Shown in pieces: positions 1-11,765 of a DNA stretch of 64,000 nt. Position numbers and translations under genes: made by a program. The notes beneath the pieces are model-generated. The model did not search any database and was not told the origin of the DNA. It was given only the letters and a program-made list of their open reading frames with translations. Position 1 is the first letter of the stretch. Each line of letters begins with the position of its first letter. Source of the DNA: Podarcis gaigeae (Eukaryota); the NCBI GenBank assembly GCA_964106915.2, contig OZ066919.1. One strand, written 5' to 3'.

Positions 1-1199
1 GAAACCAGTCATTGAGTTCAAGCCTTGGAAAGTCAATTCTTGCCACAATTTTTTTTCTTTATTTCATTTTTTTTTTTTTTGCCAGAGCTTCTTTAATGGT
101 CAGACTGGTTAAACCACTGTCATAAAGGGGGCAGAAGTTCATGTTTAATTATTTGTATATTTTGTTAAACAAAAGCGTGTTGGGGGGATTTGTGAAATTA
201 GTGGGTCTCTCTTTTTCTCACTGCCACCCTTTTTGGGGAGGGTTTATTTATTTTAATGAGATAAAGTTTTGAGCATTCATTTCATAAGCTTGACTTGTTC
301 TCTTGCAGGTGAGTTGGTGCATCATGTTGACTCTGGAATAGCATGTTAGTTTCCATAAGCTCTCTTGGTCAACACCTTGTCAGCAACGGGGATTATTGCA
401 GAAGCTATTAAAATAGCTTCCATTCCTGCTGAGAATCAGCTTCAGTTTGTTACATGAAGCCACTTTGCCAGACTGTTTTCTTAACTTGTTATTATTCCCA
501 GATCTCAAAGTCTTTTCACTCACTACGTTAAATTTGATACAGAATTTTGTGTTTGGAGAGCAAAGAGTTTGGTACTTTATTAAAAGCTGATGAGTTTTCT
601 GTTCTGTTTTACATGGGGACAATGTGTGTTCTCCTTGGCCAGACCTTGTATTAGCCAGGGATATTAATGTAAGACACCCCTTGGAGGTGTGTTTTGGTAC
701 TTACATAACAGTGGGAAAGAAGAAGAGTGTCAGTTTGGTGCCTTTGACTGGTTGGCAGTTAAACTCATATTTTATTCCTTCTTAGGTCCTGGATCTCAAT
801 AACTACCCATTTAGAAATACTGTTTCCATCTTCATTCCTTCCTCTGTCTTTTCTCTTTTCTCTCTTTCTCTGTCTCCCCACTTGACCGTTGCTTCCTAAT
901 ACTCATGCACACGCCTTTTATTTGTGGGGTGGAGGGGAGCTGCCTTAACCAAGCTAAGGAAGAGTTATTCCCAGGAGAAGCCAAAATGACTTACTGTGTG
1001 ATTGCTTCTAGGTCTCTCGGTTACTCTCATTGTGTTCAGCACTCATTTTCTACAGGTGCCGTTTCATCTTGCAGAACAATTTCAACATACAAATCTGTAC
1101 GATGCTGAAATTTCAGATAGTCTCAGAACTCTTTATCTGTGCAGCAGAAATGCCCATTTCTCAAGCATAATGTGCTTATTATTGACCTTATATACCCTG

Positions 1200-1202
<3 letters not shown>

Positions 1203-1235
<33 letters not shown>
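1203..1235. repeat. (TG)n microsatellite
   Basis: Direct reading. Confidence 0.95.
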
Positions 1236-1237
<2 letters not shown>

Positions 1238-2190
1238 TCAGCTCTAGTAAAAATAATGTTATATCTCCCCAGAGTAAAGGGAGGGTGTTTGTTTGAACAT
1301 ATTTCATGTTTACATTGTTGTGTAAATTTTTGGACATTCTTAATCACTTTCGCTTTTTTCCCCCAAGTATCTTTCTCTGTGTCAAGCCTTTCCGAAAAAG
1401 CTTGGGAAGGCTAATGTTTCACCTGAACACACAGCTTGCCAAGGCAAAGAAACCTCACCTTTAAACCTGGCTGATTCCCTGTTTGTTGAGACTTTCTTTA
1501 TTTAGCTAGAGAACTCCCCTTAGATTCTAAGGAGTGCAGTAAACTGTGACCCCAGGTTTGATGCGAAGAGCAGGTTGTTCAGCTAGCTGGCTGGCTCTCT
1601 CTGGAGATAAGGTGACACAAGCCAAGCTTCTAGTAAGGTTCTGTTTCTAGCCCTGTGTGTGAGGCTCATTTTCTATTAACTGTTGTATTTCTCAGGCATA
1701 AATTTCGAAACAAGCCTCTTTTTATTGCGTATAATCTTTACAAGGTTGGACTCCAAGCTGCAGGATTGAGATAAAGCCCCATAGTATATAAAATACAGGT
1801 TACTCCATAAATTGTCCCCTGTGGAGGTTTGCCATATGTACTGTTTCTCGGACTATATTTGTGCCGGCGGCTTCGTTTTATAGAACAAAATAGACACCCT
1901 AACCAGCCCAGTGAAAGACTTTCACCATTCCTTTGGCTCCCAATCCATTGCTAAAGCAGGAGGCTACTTCCCTTGTTTGAGAAAACAGACCAGGATGTAT
2001 GCACAAATATTATCCACATGTTATATTACTGAAACCATACAAGTTTCATGTCACTAGAGGCAAGGAATACTGTAGCCACGATGACCCCTTCTTGCTTGCA
2101 AAGTGTCCTAAGGTAGGGTTGGCTTGCATCAGGGGATGGAGTATTCAGTTTTCCCACTGCTGTTCCTGTGTGGGTGTGTATATGCGCGCG

Positions 2191-2219
2191 CACACACACA
2201 CACACACAGAGAGAGAGAG
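2191..2219. repeat. (CA)n(GA)n compound microsatellite
   Basis: Direct reading. Confidence 0.9.
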
Positions 2220-2649
2220 CTGCTTTTATCCCAAACAAGGTTCTGGATTCCTGGTAACTTTGAAATCACAGGTCTGAACCCTCACAAACGAAAAGATGAG
2301 GGTTGTAGTTTCAAGGGAAAGTGGCTGGTAAAGGAAGATTAAGAATCACTTTTACTCCTTTCCCTTTACTCCTCCTCCCTCCTTGCACTGCATCCCCTTG
2401 CAACAGCACTTTGCAAGGGAGGAGGAGGAACCATTCAGGGGTTTGTTACCCATAGCTGCAACATAACATGTAGCTTGTCCCTTACCCTTGTTCAGATGTG
2501 CATCCAAAGAGTTAGAAGCATCCTACAGTGTGTGGTCTCTGTGTAGCTCTGAGAAGAGTAAATGGCAAGCCACAGTAATCTGTGTAGCTGGCGCCTCCAA
2601 TGCCATATAGTTTTCTGTGTGTATAATATAACCTGCATGTATAATAACC

Positions 2650-2860
2650 AAGCACTTTTCCTTAGTGCTCATATCATTTTCATAACTCCTCTCAATAATC
2701 CTTACACTCTGTAAAATAGACCACTACAAGTATCCACATACTGCAAATTAGGGAGTGAAACTGAGAGAGACCTGCTTATTGGGAGCAAATCATAGCTGAG
2801 TTCTTTGAACTGGGTACTTCCTCTCTCTTAGACCACACCTTTAACCACTTCCCTACATCA
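2650..2860 (-). mobile_element. Ancient MIR/CORE-like SINE remnant
   Basis: aatccttacactctgtaaaatag...gaaactgagagag...tttgaactggg...ctttaaccact pattern. Confidence 0.4.
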
Positions 2861-5800
2861 ACTAATCTTGTGTACATGGGGGAAAACAGTCAGTGGGAAA
2901 AGGAGATAATTCTTTCCATGAATAAAATATAGCATGCATGTGAGCTGGAGGATGGTCTGAGTAGCTGTACATAGGCTGAATGTGGTTTGTGGATCTCAGA
3001 TGGTTGGATTAGCTCTTGCGGCATCCTACCAAAATATTTTTTTCTCTCTCCTAGCAACCTTATAAGTTGAAATGGTTGTCACTTGGCCTCTTCTGCATTT
3101 TCTGTCAGTTTTTCCCAACCAGCTTCAGTGGATACAAACTCCAGGGTAGATAATTTGGTTTAGTTATATTCCTCCTGCACATAAAAAAGTTTGCTCTCTG
3201 AGCCACATCGCTTAAGAGTTCTTGAGTGCTGTAAAACCAAAATAAATTGAGCATCAGCTAAGAGTTACCTATCTCTGTGTCATCCAGATTAGGTCAGCCC
3301 TGTTAGTAATGCCATTTTGAAGGAATTTTTTTTTATGAACAATAAAATTGCTAATTGAATCAACTATTAAAGTAAAATGTTGACCTACAAAACCAGAGAT
3401 TGGTTAGGCTGCAATCCTGTACCCACTTATTTACATGGGAGAAAGACCCACTGAATTCAGTGGGAGTTGCTTCTGAGTAAATAGATGGAACTGTTACTAC
3501 CTATCTGTACAAAAAGCTGATCACATTGTGACTTTTTTAAAAATGTTAATCTTCATAAGCCTTATACAGAAAGGTGCTATGATTAAAAAAAACACCAACT
3601 TTACACTGCGATAAGGCATGTCTTGCCCTTTTTCTATGCACAACTAGCTGGTAAGAGTTAGCATGTAAAGATTTTAAACAGGAGTTCTTAAAAATAAATA
3701 TTAAGCAAGCACACCTGTTTCTTTGTCACAGACTTCTCCAGTATGATGAAATGCATTGTATTGTTAGTTAAATTATAACAGCTATTTCTAAATGGGCATC
3801 TATACGTACAAATTGGCATATACAATTTTTAGGCAAACCAGTGCCCTCTTTTGTCCTCTTTTGGGGTGATGGATTTTCTTGTTTGGGGTGGGGGTTATTG
3901 TACAAGTAGTCACCCTAACTGTTACCACTTTGACTCTTCTGCAGAGGATAGGAGAATGTGCTATAAGGTTTATACATAAATTATCAAAGTGATTGGGGTA
4001 CTGGGAGCTTCTCTGACCTTATCAAAGTAATCAGGGTTAGTAGGAGTTTCTCAACCTCTTCATTTACTTTCTGTTTCTCTGTGGAATACTGGGGAACAGC
4101 ATTGTGCCTTCTGATTGCTTGTCCAATATCACATTTGTTATTTTGATGCTGTTGCCCCTCATCAAGTGAGACTAGCAGTTGCTGTCAGACTACTGACAGA
4201 TGGGGCCCATGAAACATGAACACTTAAGGCCTTTCTTGGCTCCTGTAGGTGATAGCAGAACTTGAGGTTGTGGTGTCAGGTATATTTTGCATATATTGCT
4301 CTTTCCATGGAAGATGTAAACTACTGCACTTCTTACTGTCATGCTTTTAAGTCCCAGTGTTCTGAAAAGAGCAGAAGGACTTGCTTCCTGCAGTGCCAGA
4401 GATAAGGGATGAAGAGAAGGGCTCTGGGGAGAAAGTGAGCATTCCAATTCACTAGGTGTTGGCATATTTACTGATAAAGCAGGCACAATTTCAACATGAG
4501 ATGAGGTGTAGCTGCTTCCATCCAGGGTCTTTCCAGAGCAGACTCAGCTGCAGATGTTCATTTCCTATAATCCATTAGTATAAGAAGTGATTAAGAGATA
4601 ATCCAGCAATTAGTAACAAATTACAGGCCCCAAGATCATTCTTGACTGACAGGCTAGAAAGTTATCTGTTTGTATTAGTGTGCTTCATACGTGAACCTTG
4701 CTTACTGTAATCTAAAGTACAAACACATGTGGGCAAACCATTACAGCTTGCCTGGCCTGGGCTTTGTACTGATGAGTTGTATAGCATTGCTGTGCACCTC
4801 AGATAGCACAGTCTTCTTTTCATATTGCCTACCTCAGTGTTAGTTCCTTTTTTGTGGAATGCTGGTAATTTTGCAAAGTAGTTGCCTCTATGCAACTACT
4901 TTTCACTGGGGTAGTAAAACTGTATCTGGGCTGATACATTTCAGACCGCTAGTGGGGTTCACATGATTCAGTGCTCTCTTTCCTATAAAAATATCATTTC
5001 CACCTAGAAAACTAAATGTCAAAGGGAAAGATTCTAGCCTAGCCTTCTCTCAGAGAATACTAATTTATTAACGTACAGGAATTATTATTAATATTTTGGC
5101 TCCATATTGGCGAATCTTTATGTAATCCTCCTATCTGTACTCTGAAGCGGTACAGCCCCAGACACAGGTCTGCTCACCTCATTGAGAAATGTAGGTATGC
5201 ACTGGGGAACTGAGCCAAAATTCAAACCCACCCAAATTGCTGAACTCCCAAAGATTTGAACCTTTTTTAATAGGAAGGTTATATAGCTGGGATTCTAATC
5301 TCTTCATACAGCAGATTAGGTTCAAATAATAGAATTTTACAAACAATCATTTGACTACATATCCAAAGGCGGAACCTTTAGCATCTTCCCATCATCCCCT
5401 GAAACAACTGTGGAACTACAAATGTGGTACAATCCTCCTGTCACACTCAGAAAAGACAAAGTATTTTTTCCATTCACTCCCGGGTGGTGACAAAGGAGTA
5501 AGCAGAACCAAAACTATATTTTGACTTTCTGTACTTAACGGCTACTGCAACACACTTCATTCTGGTCCTTTAGCAAGTGAGCACATACTCTTCGCTTCTA
5601 TGCAAAGAGAGGAGTACAGTGCTTCCTTTCCCCTTCCTCCCCCACATCTATTGTGTATCAGTGCTGAGAATATGCACTGTGGAGTATATCTTAGCTTCCA
5701 TGGTACTTCTTGGTGCAGTCTGTTTAAGGAGCAGGTAGTTGGCTGCACATCACGAAAACTAGCTGAAATCCCATCCTCTCTCATCCTTGCAAATGAATTA

Positions 5801-6836
5801 CAGATGGAACCAACCATACAGTGTATATCTTTCCCATTAAGGGTTTTAATTGAGAGTGTGTTCTGCCGACAGGCAATGTTCTCCCCCCACACCCGCCATG
5901 CCGTTTCCCACACTTAAAATGTGACTCATAAGCAGTTTCTAACCACCAGAACAGTCTCTGCATTCTCTCAGCAAGGGTTCAATTTCAGGCGATTCACCAC
6001 AGATATTAGCTGCTATAAGGTCATTCCTGCAAAGGAAACGAGGTCTTCCATGCCCTTCAGGGAAACACAACTAACCTCTTACTATCTCTCCTGCAGGAAC
6101 AAAAACAGGAATGTACTGGATTGCCCTGCTGATTTGGGGTGATCGTTGCTTTGACTTCTTGCCCTCCTTTCTTTCCCAGTTCAGTGCATCAGGGGTCCTG
6201 GCACAGCAACTGGTTCATACTGCACTAATGTTTCTCTGCTGCTTTTAGCTCTGTTTGGAAAGAGGCTCTTCATGCTTAAAGAATTCCCATTGTTCACCAG
6301 GACTGCTTCCTCTGTGTTGAGGAGTGATGGGGCGTGTGTGCAGATACTGAGCTGTGTGAGAGAGGCAGGTGGGGGTTAAAGTGCCTCCGCTACTGTCTGT
6401 ACAGTTGGAATGGAGCTTGGCACTTGACTGAAAATCTTGTGGTGTCTGAAATGTGGTGGGTATGTCCATGAGTGTGTGCACACTTGTTCTTGCCTGTACT
6501 TGGCCAGAAGTGGGGGCAGCCTACCAAAATCAACTTGGCTCTTGGTGTTCCTGGGGCATGTGTTCCTATATACTGATGGTCTGCTTGTGTGCATCTGGAT
6601 GAGGAAGAGAAGCTGAATCCAGTGTTCTGTGGCAGGAATGTTTGTGTGTGTGTGCGCGCAGTTGCACAGTGGGTAGTCCTGGCCGGTCTCTACCATCATG
6701 TCTTGTTGTTTCAGTGCTGTGCAGACACATGCAGCTTGGCCTGTTTTTACTCTCTGTGTTTTTCCTTGTCTTTTTTTATTCCCTTCTCATCTTCATCGCA
6801 CAATGTCATCAAACAAAACAAACTTTCATCTCTCAG

Positions 6837-6848
6837 ATCCGCGAGAAG
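6837..6848 (+). CDS. PTPRF: 12-nt micro-exon meB (Ig2-Ig3 linker), encodes DPRE
   Basis: tctcag|ATCCGCGAGAAG|gttggt after a long U/C tract; phase 1-1; gives (G)AT CCG CGA GAA G(TG), resembling the ELRE-type meB of LAR-family PTPs. Confidence 0.9.
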
Positions 6849-7039
6849 GTTGGTCCTTTTCACTTCTTATCCATCTACAGTATGCCACCTCTGATGAGAC
6901 TTTTCCAGTAGGGGATGGAGAGCCAGCCCTGCAAGGGGAGGGTCTGATGGCCCCTGGCTCTCTGCCAGGCACTGCCATAGCAGGCCTGAATCTGCTTCCT
7001 AATTGCTATGTCCTTGCTGACAGCATTGACCACACTGCT

Positions 7040-7140
7040 TGCATGCCTTTTGTCGCTTGATGTTTAAAATGCACAGACCCTTATCTGCATGCAGTCCATC
7101 CCAAAGATTTCCGTGTTTTGAGATGGGAATGGGGTGCATG
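7040..7140 (+). promoter_or_regulatory. Cluster of three TGCATG (RBFOX-type) motifs downstream of meB
   Basis: TGCATG at 7040, 7086 and 7135, about 190-290 nt after the micro-exon donor. Confidence 0.5.
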
Positions 7141-8092
7141 TACATAGAGAGTAGGCAGCAGAGTGGGTTTTGCCTTAATCTGTTACTTTGTTAGACTCCT
7201 GTGTGACCTTTCCTTTTTGTTGAGGAATGCAAAGTACTGATTTGAAGTTTTGGTCAGGGTGGACACCACTCACTCACAGTGTAAGTTGCTTGGTATAGAG
7301 TAGGAAGAGGAAGGAGCAACTGATAGAGGCATCATAGCTGCCTTTTTAACACATTGAATTCATTCCACATCACACTTGCCTTTGAGATGCTGTGTTTATG
7401 ATACATGCAAAGCACCACTGATGTAATTGAAAAAGCAGAGTTTTTTCATGCTGGATCATTTTTGTTTATAAGATTGATGCCTGTATACCTGAAACCTAGG
7501 GACTTCATTCTTCCCTGGACAAGGACTCACTCAGCAAGGGCAACAACTGTACTAGAGAAAGGAAGGTGTGCCATTATCTTACCTGCCTTTTTTTTTATTG
7601 ACAGTGCTGTGTTGCACCAAGATATTAAACAAAAGGTGATTGGTAGACATCAAAATTAGCAGGTGGCTTAAGCTACTCCAATATTTCCATTGAAGTTCAA
7701 CTTCTGTTCTAAGTGAGGTATTTTCAAAATGGTGCTGAGTATTGAAATTAAGGGAGGATGTTGCCTGGACTTAGCAGTGCCATAACCTGAAGCAATTCCT
7801 ATTGATATATCAACAACTTTCTCTGACCCAAGGTAGTATTCCTTTGATGAAAGAAACAGAATCCATAACTTTATAGGCCCTAAAATGACCAATTAATAGA
7901 GAATGGTGGATATTGAGAGTTGGGAAATGTCTATGCATTAGTTCTGAAGGGGGATAATGTTCATCCTTCAGTCCACATGATCCACTATTGCATCCCTTAT
8001 GTTCCCACACTTTTTCCTGTGTACCTGTAATGATCATAGGACAGTGACTACCCTATTCTGCATGCCAGGACTTATGGTTGGAGTCTGTACTT

Positions 8093-8240
8093 TAATAATA
8101 ATAATAATAATTTTTATTTATACCCCGCCCTCCCCAGCCAAGGCTGGGCTCAGGGCGGCTAACAAGCAATAATAAAAACAAGTTGAATGAATACAACTTA
8201 AAAACAAAATTAAAATACAACATTAAAATATTAAATATTA
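8093..8240 (-). mobile_element. L2-like LINE 3' tail with (TAA)n
   Basis: (taa)n-tttatttataccccgccctccccagcc...ctcagggcggctaacaa. Confidence 0.6.
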
Positions 8241-11200
8241 AAATGTAGCCTCATTGCAGGAGGAGAAAGGAAAAGAAAAAAGAAAGAGGGGGAGGGAATC
8301 AAAAAGCACCTACTCTTCCAAGTTACTCTTCTGTTGTTTGTGCTTCTTGTTTAGCACAATAGCACTAAAATACATGAAGCCTGAGACACTGCTATTTGGA
8401 CATTCCTTTAAACCAAGACTCCTCAATCTGCTACACAGCCATACGAAGTGAACTTCATTAGAATTAGAATTAGAACTTGTTTAATGAGCTGTCATTGCAG
8501 TTGTCCCAGAGCTGTTGCTTTTGTTTTCATTTTAGTTCTCTGAATATGCTCCCCTTAACAAGGGGAGAAAGTTTTATTGTTTTCAGCCATAAACCAAAGC
8601 TTGTTTAGGGCAACATTGCATGTGATCCTGGCAGGAATTGAAGCTGAGAGATAGTGAAACAATCTGAAGCTGCACAGATTCTGTTTGCCTGGCACTTTCA
8701 TGTCTAAGGTCAAGTAACCTGAAAAAATTAAATCCCTTCTTCCAGTGGAACCACCAGCATATATCAATAGCAAAAGTAGCCTTGATTGACAGATATACGC
8801 TTAGGGCTGTTTCATGCATTATGCTTACACCTTCACATATTAAAATCATAAGTGTGACTTCCATTTTCTCCAGTGCACAAATGGGTGTGTTTTATTTTTA
8901 TTATTAGTTACACTTTGCAAACCATATATAAACATCATTAATGTTATTCACAAGTGTTATGTACACACTTCTCTATAATTCAGCATATCTCAATTTATAT
9001 GCTCAGAATTCATTTTAAATCCAACTTTTTGTTCCAGTTTCATTAACATATATCATATTCTGCATCTATAAATAAAATTTCTAATTCCTTTAGGTTTCCA
9101 TTCCATCCAGTTAAGCTTCCATAAAGCTATTTAAAAATCTATCAGAATACTTCATCTAGCAAACAGCTTTTCAGTTGTCTTTCTTTCTTTCTTGTTTCAA
9201 AGCCACAACCACTAGCCTGTGGAAAACAGGCACTATTTTCACACTATATTCCCAGATGTACATGTTTCCCAACACCCTTGTGAGAAAAAGGCATATGTGG
9301 AACAGCCCTTGACCAGGATGTTGCTTGGTCCCAGCCCACGAGAAATGTCCCAAAGCTCAAACATTTAATGGGGAGAGATATGTTAGATGCTAAATATTCC
9401 AGTGGGATGTTCCAAGCCTTATAATTTGTTTGGCACTGATAATTACATCTTAGTTTTTGTCGTCCCCCCCAGCTTTACTTACAACTGTGTACTGTTCACC
9501 CATGCATTTAATTATTGCTCTACGATTGCTACCAGGTTATTTATTAAGGAGTTGTTTTATCTTGATATAGCAGCTCTTTTCTCCCCCCCCCCCTTAATGT
9601 TGTGTTATTTTCAGAAGTGAATGAATGCAAATTCCAGAGCTGCAGAGTCTGCCTCTCCCTTGCTTTGCTATTAGCGTGTCACCAGGCCGAACCGTGATAG
9701 GTCTTTGGCATTGCTCTGGAGTAATGATAGATCCTCTTTTATATGGGGTTGTCAGCGCAAATAATTAGCTCTAAAAGTTATAGCTGAAATATAATCCAAA
9801 AATGACTAGGCCCTGTTTTGGAAATTGTCTATAAAATGTCAGCACTCAGGGATGTATTGGGAACATAAATAGTGAGGCATTGTTTGAACAGGAGTTTAGA
9901 CTCTAAATGCATCTTTCTTTTCCTTCCAGTCTTCTCCCTCCTGCTGGTGATTCTGTCAATAGATTGTGAGGCCCTAGGAACTACCTTTCCATCAGAAGAT
10001 ATTGTTTAAAACAGTAATGACAAGTATGAGAAGGGGGGTGGAGGGGTTATTCAGATCTGATAATTTTTCCAGTTTGCCCGCCTTCCAGAAGCAGTTGTGA
10101 TAAAGCAGAGTAAGATAGAGCCGTGGACACTGGACAATACAGGAGGAAGGATTGTTCAGTTTCCCAACAGCATTGCTTTACCCCAGCGTTCCCGCAAAGC
10201 CAGAAACAAAACCATACATGTAAGCTGACCCAGGTAGCAAACTTGTGCAGGTGTCAGGAAAATGAGATTTATATTATGGAAGAATTGAGAGAGGAAGCAG
10301 TTGTCTTTGGCATGAACAGCTTATTAAAGCAGTTTCGCTACCTGAAGGAGGGGATCAATTTGCATAGTCTCCCGCTCAAAATTAAGATATCTTGAATAAA
10401 ATGTTTTGCGAAAGACAAAATTATATTGCAATGATGGTTACTACCTTGCCGTTGTTTCTGGATGGTTCTGGCATTTTGTCACAACTAAGAGTGCTAAAAG
10501 CTAAATCAAGACTCACAATGTTGAACTTTAATTAATACTCTAGAATCTGGAAACAACTTTTGACAAAGATTAAAATCCCTAAGCACGTCATGGTCCGATG
10601 CAATACTTGCAGAAGATGAAGTGGGGTTTGTGTATGAGATTTTAAAGTCAGACTATGAAAAGAGTTGAAGCTTTGCGAGTGACAAAAGCAAATTGCTTAT
10701 TAAGGAATTTTTAAAAATAACACACCATTGATCCTACTGTCCAAAAGTGCTAACAACAACAACAACAGGAATTCATCTTTTACTGTAAATTAATTTTGGC
10801 TGGCTGGTGCCTTTCACTTTTAGTGTGACTCTAGCACTCCTTCTGTTATTATTTTCCAGTGGCCTTCTCTTAGCTCTGCTGCAGTAATCAATTAATAGTT
10901 GTTAAAACTGCCCAGCTTTTAGCAATTGCTTAGTGCCTGGAGTTTCCCATGATGGAAGTAGAAAAGTGATGGGAGGAGGACTTTTAGTGAGATGACCTCA
11001 GTGTTTTTATGAAATCCGAGAAGCAGCTGCTCTAATCTGAGCTAAGCAGGTTGATTGATCCATGCACATTTATTCTGGATGCAAGGAAGGTGCACGCTAA
11101 TGCATGCTAAATTATTAACACTTCTCCACCTCCCTTTGTGGTATTGCCTGCGTCTCCCCTCCCCACCTTCCAGAATGTGGAGCTGGTCTCTACTGGTGTG

Positions 11201-11630
11201 TTCTTATCACCTCCACTGCTGTGAGATGGCTCAGAATATGTCACTTACTTTCCACCTTGACTGCCAAATGATTGCCCTGCATGCTTCATTCCGTAGGGAA
11301 GCCTGGGGGATTTTCCTCTTTTGTGAGTCATATAGGATGCCATGCTCTGGGATGAATAACAGTGAATTTCATGTTCGATAGTCTGCTGAAATAAACCTTG
11401 AACACCATTACCCATAGACCTTTACAATAGTTTTCCCCATGTGGTTTCTTCCAAAATACCCAAGTTGCTCACTTCTGCTTTATCTAAAAAGAGTTTACAG
11501 AAAACAAAACAAAAAAACTCTGACAAATTCTGCTGAGAAAAGAAGTCATGATAGTGTGAATGATACTGGAAATATTTAGGAGGCATCTACTCTCGTTTGG
11601 TCCTTGTGATTTGCTTTGTAAATTGGAAGA

Positions 11631-11765
11631 GCACCCGGGGCAAGGCAAGTAATTTGCACCCCCTAACCCATGGATTTTAGCACTCAAGTCTCTTCCGCCC
11701 CCGCCCCCCCGATGTTGCGCCCGGTGCAGGCGGGCCCCCCCTGCACCCCCCACGCTACGCCACTG
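11631..11765. mobile_element. Truncated GC-rich hAT-like element end
   Basis: CpG-rich island ending ...cacgctacgccactg, a hAT-type terminus; no matching left end seen. Confidence 0.5.

Noticed and set aside
6892-6920. CTGATGAG hammerhead-like box (also near 588, 4769, 13357, 18550)
   Set aside because: No stem II followed by GAAA, so no complete core.
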